A stretch of DNA of 64,000 bases from Lingula anatina (taxonomy: Eukaryota; Animalia; Brachiopoda). Location of the stretch: NCBI GenBank assembly GCA_051362555.1, contig CM120643.1, positions 8,680,001-8,744,000 on the forward strand, read 5' to 3'. Within the stretch, counting starts at the first letter, position 1; the number at the start of each line of letters is the position of its first letter. The notes below the pieces were generated by a model, which was not told where the DNA came from, did no database searches, and worked only from the letters and a program-made list of their open reading frames with translations. This document shows positions 24,401 to 34,086 of the stretch, one piece after another. The position numbers and the translations under genes are program-made.

Positions 24401-27023
24401 CCACTGTGTACAAGAAACTGCAAGAAAAGAAGGTGTCTGCTGTCTTGAAACTTTTTATATTTTACCAAAGCAGTAAGCTGGATGTTGTGTACAGACTGAA
24501 AGGCAAGCCACATGTTAATGTGACCGTGCAAGAAAAGTGCATCTTGCAGAACGAGCGCGAGTTTTATGTCCACAAGGACAGCGTCAAATCCTACAGAGAT
24601 ATGGACAAGGAGCTGGTGAAGATTTTCCTTCCAGCTTCTGCACAAGATTTGGAGACTGGGCTCCTGAATTTTCTGCAGGTTTTGAGGATGCACATCCAGA
24701 AGCCATATGGTGGGATGACAGATGCAGACTTCCAGAGAGAACAGAAGATGAAGGCTTTGCCTGAAGAGGAGGAAAGATGGGCGGTGCCAGAGCCTGACCA
24801 GCTGTTAATAAGACCCTCTCAAAAGACTGGTAAGAATGGACAGTTGTGAATAAGAATTGGTACAATGTAGTAGAAGCTTGAGCCTTTTGCCATTATCAGT
24901 CTCTTTACACTCTGACAGTGTCTTACTTGTGTGGAGTTAAAATATCAGACAGTTTTGTAAATCGGCCTGGGTTGATTCTTTTGGTTGAAAGTATGTGGAT
25001 TTTCGTAGTTTTATTCAGTAGTTTTCTGCTGTTTTTGCTTCTTGGCAGGATTTTCATTTGGCAAATATCTGTTAAGTGAATGTCTAGAGGAAACATAATT
25101 GCTCAAATACTTCGCTGCAGCTAGACAGGCCAAAACTTTCACTAGTTTTAAGGAGTTGAGTCAAGTCAGTGTCAATTTTATAATGTGCCAGGCCAATTTA
25201 GTTTTGATCATAATTGCAAAATCAGGATATATCAGTACCACTAGTCTTTTTGTGATTTCAGTGATAATTTAGTCTCCATACTTAAGTTTGACAAACGAAT
25301 ATTATTTGATATTTCTGAAAGATATTTTGATCAACAAAATGTTTTGATCTGTCATCAGAATCTAAGGAGCATTCTCTTGATGACCTTAACTGGACGGAGA
25401 AAGATGAGAAAGCAAAGAAGAAAAAGAACCCTCCAGAGGCAGGAGAACTTACAGCCTGGCCACCCCCACCACCAAAGGAAAAGAAGGGTCCACCTACTGA
25501 TTCGGGTTTGTATTACAACATTTAAAGACTTTATTTTTATATGAAAACATATTGCAGTGTGGACTTGCGTAAAACAGCATCAGTCAGAATTACATTAACT
25601 AAGTCAGAGAGCAATTTTTTGTGAACAGTTATATATAGCTTAAAATCATGAACTTCTGATAAGTCCATGAAAAAAATTTTAAAAAAAATTATTTGCGGTT
25701 TCAGAAAGATCCCAACCACAAGCTACAGGCAAGCCTCCAATGGGCAGTGCTCCAATTTCTGAGCCATTGCACTTACATGTAAAAGATGAAGATACCCATG
25801 CATCTCAGAGAGCACAGATTGACCATGGTCCTTTCAGGCAGGTGGAAGCTGGTCCCATCTTGCCTCAAGTACAGCCATCTAGTGGACAGAATCAAGTGAT
25901 GAAGGCAGACGGCCGAGAAGTTCCATCAGACCAAGGGCAGAGTAGCAGCACGACTGAAGATGGCTCTTTTGGAAGACCTGTTGACAATACAGGACAAGGT
26001 ATCAGAGATTTAAATTGCAATGCAGTTAATGCATTTTGATTCTGATAAGTTTGCATTTTTTTTTCCTTATTAGCCTTTTGAGATATGGTTGTGGTCTTTA
26101 ATTAGATTTTTTCTCTGTACATTGGAAAAGAAGTTCCATTGGGAATAACTAAAGTTCTCTATGACTGTTTGGAGTTCAACTCCATATAATTGATGTGATT
26201 TGTAATGGGAACTGAACTTCTTCAGCAAATCTTTGAAAATAAGTATGAAAGATATGCTTAAGAATAACTGAAATCATACGAATAAGACCTTCATTTTTCA
26301 GTTGTCAACCAAAGACCAGAACAAACCCAGCATGTTCCTGACAGTGTTCCAACAGTGCAGCACCAAGCCCTCCCTCAGTTTGGTGTACCCTCTCAGTTTG
26401 GTTTCAGTGTTCCTGGTCCGCATGTGGACCCTTCACACCATCATCAGCAGGGGAGTCAAGACATGGGATCCCGTGGCGGAGAATCGGATTTATTTTCTCT
26501 GTTTTCCTCACCACCTCGCTCTCTGGGACCTGCACTATTCGGCCCCGGAGACAGCATAGAACAAGTGCAATATGAAGACACTACTGGTATTAATATAGAG
26601 ACTGCACTTCCTCCAGTTGCTGAGGTTCTTGTCGGTGATAAGAAGCATATCGGGGAATGGGGAGAGAAGTGGGTGAACAGTTTCTTGCAGGCCAAGTTCA
26701 GGGAGCAGATAGAGAAGAAATACCTTGTTATCCATTGGGTGAATGAGAAACAAGAATCTGGGAAGCCTTATGATTTCCATATTGAGTGGATTGCTGAAAA
26801 AAAGGAGGTCTTTATTGAAGTGAAAAGTACTTTTGCAGAAAATAAGGACATGTTTGAGATCTCGTCCCAAGAGCTTATGGCTGCACAGATGTTGGAAAAA
26901 AATTACCAGATTTACAGGGTGTATAATGCTGGTAATAGCTTTCAGCCTGTGAAACTCAGGGTTCTGGAGAATGTCCTGCAACTTCTGGATAGTAAAGCCA
27001 TAAAAATGAGCATGTGGTTGTAG
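410..27023 (+). CDS. NO VEIN-like / sacsin-related GHKL ATPase with C-terminal DUF3883 (NOV_C) domain; 5'-truncated, 23 exons in window
   Basis: Exons 410-582, 942-1297, 1653-1847, 1991-2063, 2357-2712, 3255-3450, 3847-4081, 5155-5302, 5668-5790, 6206-6283, 6525-6591, 6877-6989, 11772-11925, 12159-12392, 19662-19862, 20260-20456, 20782-20986, 21856-22022, 22598-23873, 24197-24829, 25359-25505, 25705-25998, 26302-27023 join in phase into one open frame. Motifs [33 protein letters not shown] and VFAFLPL..GDF...SRQDI are typical of the sacsin/NOV GHKL module; GEWGE..PYD..FIEVKST..YRV matches DUF3883. Confidence 0.9.
942..1297 (+). CDS. NOV-like gene exon (VKDISDLYC...KAVARQ)
   Basis: ttctcttcag acceptor, CAG|gtatgt donor; ORF 923..1384. 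Confidence 0.85.
1653..1847 (+). CDS. NOV-like gene exon (VFLEPLG...DSFTQ)
   Basis: AG/GT boundaries, phase 0-0; ORF 1626..1853. Confidence 0.85.
1991..2063 (+). CDS. NOV-like gene acidic exon ([24 protein letters not shown])
   Basis: ttttcactag acceptor, G|gtgagt donor; phase bridges neighbouring exons. Confidence 0.75.
2357..2712 (+). CDS. NOV-like gene exon ending ...[18 protein letters not shown] (start of GHKL N-box)
   Basis: ORF 2323..2760; CAG|gtaagg donor; exon may start at 2357 or 2363. Confidence 0.85.
3255..3450 (+). CDS. NOV-like gene exon NADDNDYP...[23 protein letters not shown] (GHKL core)
   Basis: cttccag acceptor; completes ELIQ|NADD; G|gtaaat donor. Confidence 0.9.
3847..4081 (+). 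CDS. NOV-like gene exon [11 protein letters not shown]... (GHKL G2 box)
   Basis: Completes [12 protein letters not shown]; ORF 3873..4085. Confidence 0.9.
4403..5021. mobile_element. Kolobok-like non-autonomous DNA transposon (MITE)
   Basis: TTAA on both sides; TIR AGTCATAATAACTCTTC / GAAGAGTTATTATTGCT; ends similar to the element at 31939-32276. Confidence 0.75.
5155..5302 (+). CDS. NOV-like gene exon [10 protein letters not shown]...[14 protein letters not shown]
   Basis: AG/GT boundaries; sacsin-type T..LP and LLFL motifs. Confidence 0.9.
5310..5363. repeat. (TAT)n microsatellite
   Basis: Visible directly. Confidence 0.95.
5668..5790 (+). CDS. NOV-like gene exon [11 protein letters not shown]...PVPEE
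   Basis: AG/GT boundaries, phase 0-0. Confidence 0.8.
6206..6283 (+). CDS. NOV-like gene exon [16 protein letters not shown]...; GC donor
   Basis: tctag acceptor; GAG|GCAAGT donor; 78 nt, phase 0-0. Confidence 0.8.
6525..6591 (+). CDS. NOV-like gene exon [22 protein letters not shown]
   Basis: ctttag acceptor, G|gtaaga donor; conserved sacsin-type FLPL motif. Confidence 0.9.
6608..6656. repeat. (TC)n microsatellite
   Basis: Visible directly. Confidence 0.95.
6877..6989 (+). CDS. NOV-like gene exon [12 protein letters not shown]...WNQWLR
   Basis: AG/GT boundaries; conserved DF...SR and WN motifs. Confidence 0.9.
7048..11189. mobile_element. CACTA/EnSpm-like non-autonomous element, about 4.1 kb
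   Basis: Ends CCGTATAGCTAA ... TTAGCTATAGTG (reverse complement CACTATAGCTAA, 10/12 match); interrupts one arm of a foldback element; CpG-rich compared with host introns; no transposase ORF seen. Confidence 0.55.
8208..9295. repeat. Diverged direct tandem duplication (units of about 500 and 590 bp) inside the CACTA-like element
   Basis: caaccacc..cattaatga..gctacactc..catgatc; aataaacca.gaagcacgta; ccgttggtaagagtagc; taattaacgcag.caggaata occur in the same order in both copies. Confidence 0.85.
11191..11430. mobile_element. Imperfect palindromic foldback element (MITE-like); outer left arm displaced to 7028-7046
   Basis: 11191-11290 is an imperfect reverse complement of 11311-11410 (e.g. 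gatgtctggcacgtctactgaagctg / cagcttcagtaggcatgccagacatc). Confidence 0.8.
11772..11925 (+). CDS. NOV-like gene exon [16 protein letters not shown]...MPCLPV
   Basis: gtttttag acceptor, G|gtacgt donor, in phase. Confidence 0.85.
11930..12105. repeat. Compound (GT)n / GGATGCAC simple repeat
   Basis: Visible directly. Confidence 0.9.
12159..12392 (+). CDS. NOV-like gene exon [10 protein letters not shown]...
   Basis: ORF 12140..12400; AG/GT boundaries. Confidence 0.85.
13784..16948 (+). mobile_element. Same-family HINE, inner/younger copy inserted at a TT within a monomer of the outer copy
   Basis: Complete 5' inverted repeat GTACCACCAGCG-TTAG-CGCTGGCGGTAC and identical 3' end; flanks rejoin as catagt|ttctattg, a monomer segment. 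Confidence 0.88.
14735..16765. repeat. Homogeneous 146-bp satellite array, about 14 monomers
   Basis: ctccaaaactggcagagataggtcc recurs at 14746, 14892, 15038 and onward. Confidence 0.95.
16949..19240. repeat. Diverged ~145-bp satellite array of the outer element (also 13455-13783)
   Basis: Same monomer with more substitutions and a 522-bp higher-order duplication. Confidence 0.9.
19662..19862 (+). CDS. NOV-like gene exon [11 protein letters not shown]...LPIIPLVNG
   Basis: ORF 19664..19882; A|gtatgt donor. Confidence 0.85.
20260..20456 (+). CDS. NOV-like gene exon SASMQAALT...SGKWK
   Basis: tttccag acceptor, |gtgagt donor. Confidence 0.85.
20782..20986 (+). CDS. NOV-like gene exon [10 protein letters not shown]...PSMFP
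   Basis: ORF 20797..21018; G|gtaaga donor. Confidence 0.85.
21468..21683. repeat. Fragment of a probable DNA transposon with repeated TTGCAGCAAA-like motifs on both strands
   Basis: Dense gcaaa/tttgc motifs ending TGTAAGGG; opposite terminus not found. Confidence 0.4.
21856..22022 (+). CDS. NOV-like gene exon [12 protein letters not shown]...[10 protein letters not shown]
   Basis: ccttacag acceptor, |gtaaat donor. Confidence 0.85.
22598..23873 (+). CDS. NOV-like gene large exon
   Basis: 439-aa ORF 22619..23938; ttcag acceptor, G|gtacag donor. Confidence 0.9.
24197..24829 (+). CDS. NOV-like gene exon
   Basis: 224-aa ORF 24175..24849; G|gtaaga donor. Confidence 0.9.
25359..25505 (+). CDS. 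NOV-like gene exon [14 protein letters not shown]...AWPPPTP
   Basis: catcag acceptor, G|gtttgt donor, phase 1-1. Confidence 0.7.
25705..25998 (+). CDS. NOV-like gene low-complexity exon [17 protein letters not shown]...
   Basis: tttcag acceptor, G|gtatca donor; ORF 25740..26039. Confidence 0.75.
26302..27023 (+). CDS. NOV-like gene terminal exon, DUF3883/NOV_C nuclease-like domain
   Basis: IGEWGEKWV...[14 protein letters not shown]...FIEVKST...FEISSQE...YQIYRV; TAG stop 27021-27023. Confidence 0.9.
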
Positions 27024-27600
27024 ATTAATTGTTTAAAAAAAAATCAAAACTAAAATGTTTTATATTATTTACGGAGGGAGGAATAAGAGAAAGTGTATTT
27101 TAAGATAATTGTTTTTTTTTAATTGGATTCCAAGCCATTTGTGAAGACTTTTTTAAAAAGATTTTGTAAAAATCTGTTTGTTTTTTTTTCATAACCATAT
27201 TGATATGATTTATCAAAAATCAAAAATATTTTTTTCAGATTTTGCAATATTTTAGAAAATTTATAGTGGAATGTGATTTTCATTCTTCACCTTTATACCA
27301 TGCAATTTTTAGTTTTTTTAAGTAAAGTGCTCTATTCACTTATTTCAAGGGAGTGGAGACTTATTTCTTGTGAACTATGCAAAATCTTTTTAAACATAAT
27401 TGCTAACCAGTCATTAGAGCCTGAAGTTGTCAACCAAATTGAAAGTTGTGAGAACTTTAATATACAAATGACAGATGCAGGGCAAGACTTTTCATGAGCA
27501 AAGAAACTATAAATGGTATGGAGGTTGATGTTGTAAAGGCCAGACACAACCCTGTTGGTTTAAAACTTCTAACACGTTATTTATCAGTTATAAGGAATAT

Positions 27601-27729
27601 CAGACATAAGCTACCACGGAAATGCAGAATTCCACGTTTTTTAAATCAATTCTGATGGTTCCTGAGATTTGTCTTGTCTGAGATTCGATAAATATGCAGA
27701 GATTTTTTTGAAACCTAGGCTCATGTCTG
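27601..27729. mobile_element. Short possible MITE downstream of the NOV-like stop codon
   Basis: CAGACATAAGC...GCTCATGTCTG imperfect TIR; flanks gaatat/gaataa. Confidence 0.35.
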
Positions 27730-28095
27730 GAATAAGAAATCTAAGCGAGTTTTGAAAAAGTGAACATGAAAGGTTTATTATTGGGAACTGCAGTTGTATG
27801 GTAAACTATAAACAGAGATGTTGAAGAAATGGTTAATATGAAAACATACTGAATCACATTAATTTATAGAAATTAACGTTCTTAAATGAAAAAATGCATT
27901 AATCTGTATTTTTAACATCCATGGAATACATTTGATCTCATATTTTTTATCGCAATTTTTTTTATATTCACTATGAGCAACAATTGACTTTTTGTGATGT
28001 GTTGAATTGGCTATCACCTTAATTTGATAGAAAAGTATTAGCAAATGTTATCATCAATAGCTGGTGTTTTTTGTTGAATTTTATTTTTAATATAA

Positions 28096-28447
28096 AGGGA
28101 TAACCACTGTTCTTATGATATTCATATTTCACAATAAATACATTGTAAACAACTCACAGAAATATAAAACATTCTGCTTTACCATCAGAATAGCAGTTAA
28201 CACAGTTATTTTGGAATTTGTGCTTGCCATCACATCACGTGACCTCCATAGATGGCTAAGCTCTGTTACGGTAAAAATCTCTTAAGAGAATATTATAAAA
28301 AAACAACAAACCTTTTAGAAAAAAAAACAGGGACTAATTTTGAATGTCAGACAGGATTCATTTGCCATTGGTTAGTATGTGAGAAAATTGTCCTTTACCC
28401 CAGGAAAACCTTTTTTTTTTTTGCCAAAATGAACAGTTGTTATCTCT
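28096..28447. mobile_element. Kolobok-like MITE, degenerate copy inverted relative to 31939-32276
   Basis: AGGGATAACC...GTTGTTATCTCT; internal cacgtgacctccat.gatggcta and atctcttaagaga shared with the family. Confidence 0.75.
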
Positions 28448-29139
28448 TAATTTTATGATTGAAAGGAAGTGGTACAAATTATTCTGCAGACAAGTAAGGA
28501 GCGAATCTGCATGTTGCTCTTTGAAATTTTGAAAAGAAAAAGGAAGTGTCACATCTCTTGATTTCAGCCCAGCTGGAAGGAAAGATCTTCAGATTTTTTT
28601 AATATGTGCAATATAAATTCCCAACTATATCCAGTATAAGTTGAAGAAAAATATTTTAAGGCTGTTGCTTCAATTCATAGACTGACTTGAATTATTCATT
28701 CAGGTTATATGCCTATTTGTTAAGTGCCATGAAACAATTTATTTGTTTTGAGTATTTGAATTATTATTAATTTTACATTTAAGTCTTGTTTTTAAGTATG
28801 TAAATTTTGTTATGAAATTTTATAATTGTTTTCAGCAGTATATCAAATACTGACAAATGATTCTGTTCAAAGTTAACAGGAAGAAATGCATTGTCTGTAG
28901 AACAAAGAGGTTGAACTATTAAGCTGAAAGTAAGTTGAATAGATTGATAATTCTGGTATTTTGTCCCTTTTACATGCAGTTCACTAAAATAATACATGTG
29001 TATGTTAATGGAGTTACTTCATATCTCGACTTGCTTTGTCCAAAATATGCTCATAAAATATATAGCACAGGTGATGAAAAGTTTAAAAAATCAGACCATA
29101 AGTGAGCTCATTAATTATCCTGTCTTGTGAGGAGACAGA

Positions 29140-29544
29140 TGAAACTAAATCTTTTAATTTTTCATTTTGTTATGTTATTAGTAACAATGCCAACGGTAAG
29201 GCTTTATTGTTTTAACAATACAAATACAAATTGTACTTGTGCTTTTGTAACAATTTATAGATGTGAGAAATTAAATGTTATAATTGCTTCTTTTAATTTT
29301 GAATTTATGTTTTAATAAATTATATAAAAAATTAAATTTTGAAAAAAAACTTTTTTTTATTTCTGAAAACTGTGCTAGATGCATAAGCAGTCTTTCAATG
29401 AAAATAAATGCTGTTTTGCTGTGCTATACAAGTGATTTCAAATCAGCTAAAGAGCTGCCACAAAATGGAAGACGCGAGCATTTTATTTTTATATTTACAA
29501 AAGTGCAGATCAGCTTCTTAACTCTGAATGTCCCAGTTCCCAGT

Positions 29545-29577
<33 letters not shown>

Positions 29578-29712
29578 TTATTCAGACGCAATTTTATATT
29601 TTTTTCTATCCGCAAAGACATCTTTGTAAATATGTCTTATAAATATTATTGGTCTGAGGTTAATATAACAATGTCCATTGGTCAGTCGTGTTTAGTGTTT
29701 ATCACATGGTTC
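29140..29712 (-). repeat. Diverged duplicate of the VWC gene's 3' UTR (paralog of 41750-42272)
   Basis: Colinear shared blocks tattagtaacaatgc, aaatgctgttttgctgtgctataca, catctttgtaaatatgtc, ggtctgaggt.aatataacaatgtccattggtcagtc. Confidence 0.85.
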
Positions 29713-31938
29713 GTTCATCGACCTACGAAAGCCCAGTCACGCATCATCAAGTATGTTGTCTTTGAAAACGCGTTTTTATTTTTATTTATTTATTTGTTGT
29801 TGTGTTTGTGTCATTATGACTTTATCAACCCCCTAATCCTCTTTTCGAGATGGAGACTTATTGTGCCTTCTCAAAAAAACAAACTATAATTCAAACGGAA
29901 TCGTCTACACGGAAAGTTGGAGACCTCTTCTTTATTATGTAAATCAGGTGAGACTTTTGGTGAGAGGTGCTCAGATAGGACCAAGTTCAGTAGAAGATGT
30001 GGGAAGAAGGATGTTCCATGTCATAATACTCCTACTGCCACATGTAGGCCGAAAAGATGGCACTGAAACCGGCAGCAGTATCTCGTAAGTTCCGAACGAA
30101 TAATAGAAAATGTATTTTAGCATTTCTCAGTTTTGCATTGACGATATATTCCCGAAACGGTGCTCTTTAGACATACTGACCATGCGGACATCTAACTGAC
30201 GTGAAGGATACTTTCTCTTAGCTTTCCATCAGTGTTTGGGTACCCTTTTGTTTCTAATTCCATTGGCTTTCCATGAGGGTTCAATATCTTAATAAAATAT
30301 TTAATTAAAATATAAATATATATACTTGTATCATTTTAAAGCTTAATTGGGATTTGTTAATTCTAACGCAAAGGATACTGACACGAATTACTGCCATGAA
30401 CATGTACTGTTTTATCAGATCTTTAGACATTGTGTCAGGAATGTGAATTTATTCCTTTAATTCCAGTGACACTAACAACCGTTAACGAAGATATCAGAAG
30501 CGTCCTACTCAGAGACACGTTTTGTCTTCGACATACACAGCCCCACACCCATGCCAAGATTGCTTCCTATGCCGACGCTTGTCTGCTTGTTGATTTGCAG
30601 GGACGACATTTAGTACGGAATGTTATGTTTGCCTTTGGTTGAAACATTCTGCTCCAAAACGTATATCAATTTAAAAGTCGAATAAAATAAGCCTTTTATT
30701 TATGGAATTTCTCATAGAAATTAAATCCATACTAAGCGTCCGCCCTGCATGTGGCTGGTTTGCTTCTTTTGGTAATTGTATGTTATTATATCGTAGTACA
30801 GTGCTCTATCTGATCATGGTGTTACGAGGGAAATTTGTATACTTTTGGGTCGGGGTTGATATATACCCGCTCCTTTTCGAACCTGAAACGTTAGACCTGA
30901 AGTTATCATTTAACAGAAATAATGTCTGTATAAAAATGATAAATGTATAAAATTGATAAAGTGATTGTTTTAAAGTTGCCATATATTAATTTCCAAGAAG
31001 AGAAATGTTTTCTATTTGTCACTGAAAATATGTGTGGGCAAATCTGCAACTTGACACCTCGATGTGAACTTGAAGATGTACTCTTATTCATTTTAAATGA
31101 TGTTGACTTCTGGGAAAGGAAAGACATTACAAATGCATTACGTAAAATGCATATAGGAAACTTTTAATAACATTTATCGTGTGTGCATTCGAAAAAAGGG
31201 AAAGATGTAAATCTACAAAAGACACTGTTAATCAAACGTATAATGCCTTAGTAACCTCAACGTTATGTAACGGCCAACATGTGCCCACGTTAATGCAGAA
31301 TTGTCCACATGTACTATAACGATTTTTTAACAAGTATGAATATGGCATTGTGGTTGTGAATAAACTTCCTCTGGCTCTCGGTGTTTTCAGTGCTGGGCGG
31401 GGATCAAATACCTGCTTTTCAGAAAAAAAATTAAACCATGGGTGGGGTAAAGATTGCTGTCCGAAATAAATAAAAAAAATAATGAAAATTAATTAAACAC
31501 TGCAGTAGTAGAATAGGATCTTAGTCGTGTTTGTGATAAGAAAACTGTTCCTATTGTTGGCTACAAAAATTGCCAGGATTGTGATAATTATATGCCGTTT
31601 AAGACAAAACAAAAGTGTTTAAAAACAAAAACGGGAAACGGACTTTATTTAAATATGTTCGTTCATTAAATGTTTCTGTAGGACTGATATTAAACAAAGC
31701 CTTTTGCATTTCATAATTTCAAAATCACTTAGCTGTTGCGAAGCCCAATTTTCAGATATAGTATTATAAAAAAGTCACTGAATTCTTAGATCGTCAACTT
31801 TTGTCAATTTGGTCAAAAGATAGTAAACAATTCATGATTCTTAAACAAAACCTATGCTTTTTAATTATATTATAGGGATTATTATTTTATCTGTTACACT
31901 TAAGTCCACTCTAACAGTTTGGTCAATTATTTATTTAA

Positions 31939-32276
31939 AGGGATAATAACTCTTCGTTTTGGCCAATAAATGAATTTTCCTGGAGTAAACAACAATTTTC
32001 CAATACTTACCAATGGTTAATGAATCCATTTTTACATTCAAAGTTAGTCCCTGGTTTTTTTCTAAAAATTTTGGTTTTTTTGTTAAAATCTCTTAAGAGA
32101 TTATAACAGAGTATAGCCATCAATGGAGGTCACGTGGTCTGAAGACAAGCTAAGATATCAGAATAATAGCTATAACTGCCATTTCTCTTGTGCAACAGAA
32201 TACAATATATTTCTATGAGTTGTTCACAATGTTTTTATTGTGAAATATAGATCTCATACAAAGAGTTATTATCCCT
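31939..32276. mobile_element. Kolobok-like MITE, intact
   Basis: Perfect 16-bp TIR AGGGATAATAACTCTT / AAGAGTTATTATCCCT with TTAA TSD. Confidence 0.88.
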
Positions 32277-33856
32277 TTAAGTATTTTACAGAATTATAAT
32301 TTAAAAATGTTTATTCAAAGTATTTTGTTCCTCTAAATGGCAAATTCTATATTCTATCAAAGTGTATGTAAACATTATTACTTCGTTTGGTTTGAATATT
32401 TAAAGTGAAAAACATGTCTAAAATGTTCAGAGGAGCGTTCTAAGTTAAGTTGTTCTGAAATGTTATACATTAAAATTTTTGGGGGGAGTAAGGGGTAATT
32501 GAGAAAGACGGGCTTGGTTAGATATCACTCCTGCATGCCAATGTCATGTTATTTTGTCATCGCTGAGCACTGAGAACCAGAGTTAATTTTTAGAAGTGAA
32601 TGTGAAAAGTCACTACAAGTACGCTGATTTTGGCGTAACCTTTTCAGATTTGTTTGTATATATATAATATTCTGAATTTGGCCAAGGTTTGGATAATCTT
32701 GTAAACCGCCCATGTCTACATGTCGCCTCTGATTCAAATGTTTGCAAATGTAAATTTTCATCCACAGTTACGTCATGTATAATATTTATTTTCGGATTTA
32801 GTGCAAAGAAAAGAAAACTTCAAAAAGAACATCGATTGGCAAAACAGCCAGGAATCTTAAAAACATGAAAAAAATTTGGCCACTGTTCGATTTGGTGTGC
32901 AAACATCAACAAGACCACATAGTACGAAGTGTGGTTACATGCGTGTGTGCGTTAGTGCACGAATGACACAGCAGGTAATTTGCATTTTTAAAATTGTTAC
33001 AACCTCTGAATTTGTTTTTGATGGAATTCGATGAAAACAAGACACTAATGTCAAAAGGTTCCCCAGTAGAATTTGTTCTAAAAAAAACATATTTTGTCTA
33101 TTATCAGTTCTTGCCAGTCTTTCAAATGTTAGATTTTGAACTTTTTTTTATTTTCACGCGCATCTGAACTGTTCTGCGGAGTATCAATAAACATATCGGA
33201 TTATTATTATTATTATTTTTCTTCTGCAGGACTAGTTTTTTCTCTAAATATAACTAATTTTTCTTTGAAGAAATTTGGTAATATTTACAGCCCTTGCTTT
33301 TGATCTTTCATGTATACTGTACGCGTTTGAAAAAAAAAAATCCCCCAAATCATGTTTTAATGTCTACTTATTCTGCAAAGCTACAAATCTTTCCCTATTC
33401 AGACCTTAAAATCTGTAAACCCCTCGGATAAAAGTACCTAACGTCGATAGTTACTTCTGAAGTGCACAAAAAGACATTACATTCCAAATGGCTGGCCAAT
33501 CATTCAATAAAAAATTTAGTAAAACATCGAATCTAAATGCATGAACGGCTTGAGCAACGATTTGCTAATAGGACACAATGTTTTTCCCGAGGAAATTTCA
33601 TTTTGGCGGGTAAATCCCGCATAGTGTACCTTTTACATGATTTTCCTTGCATTATCCATCTTTTTAAATCAATGGTTAGGCTTAATATTAGACTAAGCAT
33701 GGAATATTTCGATATTAAAGATAAAGATTTCAGAAATGATCTCTAAATCACAAAGGTATACCCTATCCAATACCATTCAGAAAATTACTCTGTATAAACC
33801 CATTTTGGAGCTCTTCATTAGAAATTCTCCAGTCCACGTGTCCATTACAAGAGAAA

Positions 33857-34086
33857 CTAGAAAAGCACTCCGAGAGCGCAGACCTCCGCCAAGGCAGCAA
33901 TTTTTTTTATTATTATTGATTATTGATCCAGATCACCACCAAAAACTAATCATCTGTTCCTTGGCCCACTTCTGACAGCTCCTGAAAATTTCATCAAAAT
34001 CGGTCCATAACTTTTTGAGTTATGTTGATGACAGTCAAACAAACAAACTAACAGTTGTGAAAACATAACCTCCTTGGCGGAGGTAA
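33857..34086 (-). mobile_element. Short Helentron-type non-autonomous element (HINE)
   Basis: Minus strand: TTACCTCCGCCAAGGAGG 5' end, (GTTT)n, subTIR CCTTGGCGGAGGT, hairpin GCGCTCTCGGAGTGC, CTAG end in T context. Confidence 0.85.

Noticed and set aside
29284-29889. 201-aa ORF
   Set aside because: AT-rich, poly-Phe from a T-run, and overlaps the UTR duplicate; not credible as coding.
29890-30070. Short Cys-containing plus-strand frame (…CKSGETFGERC…CGKKDVPCHNTPTATC…)
   Set aside because: No start codon, no convincing acceptor and no recognisable family.
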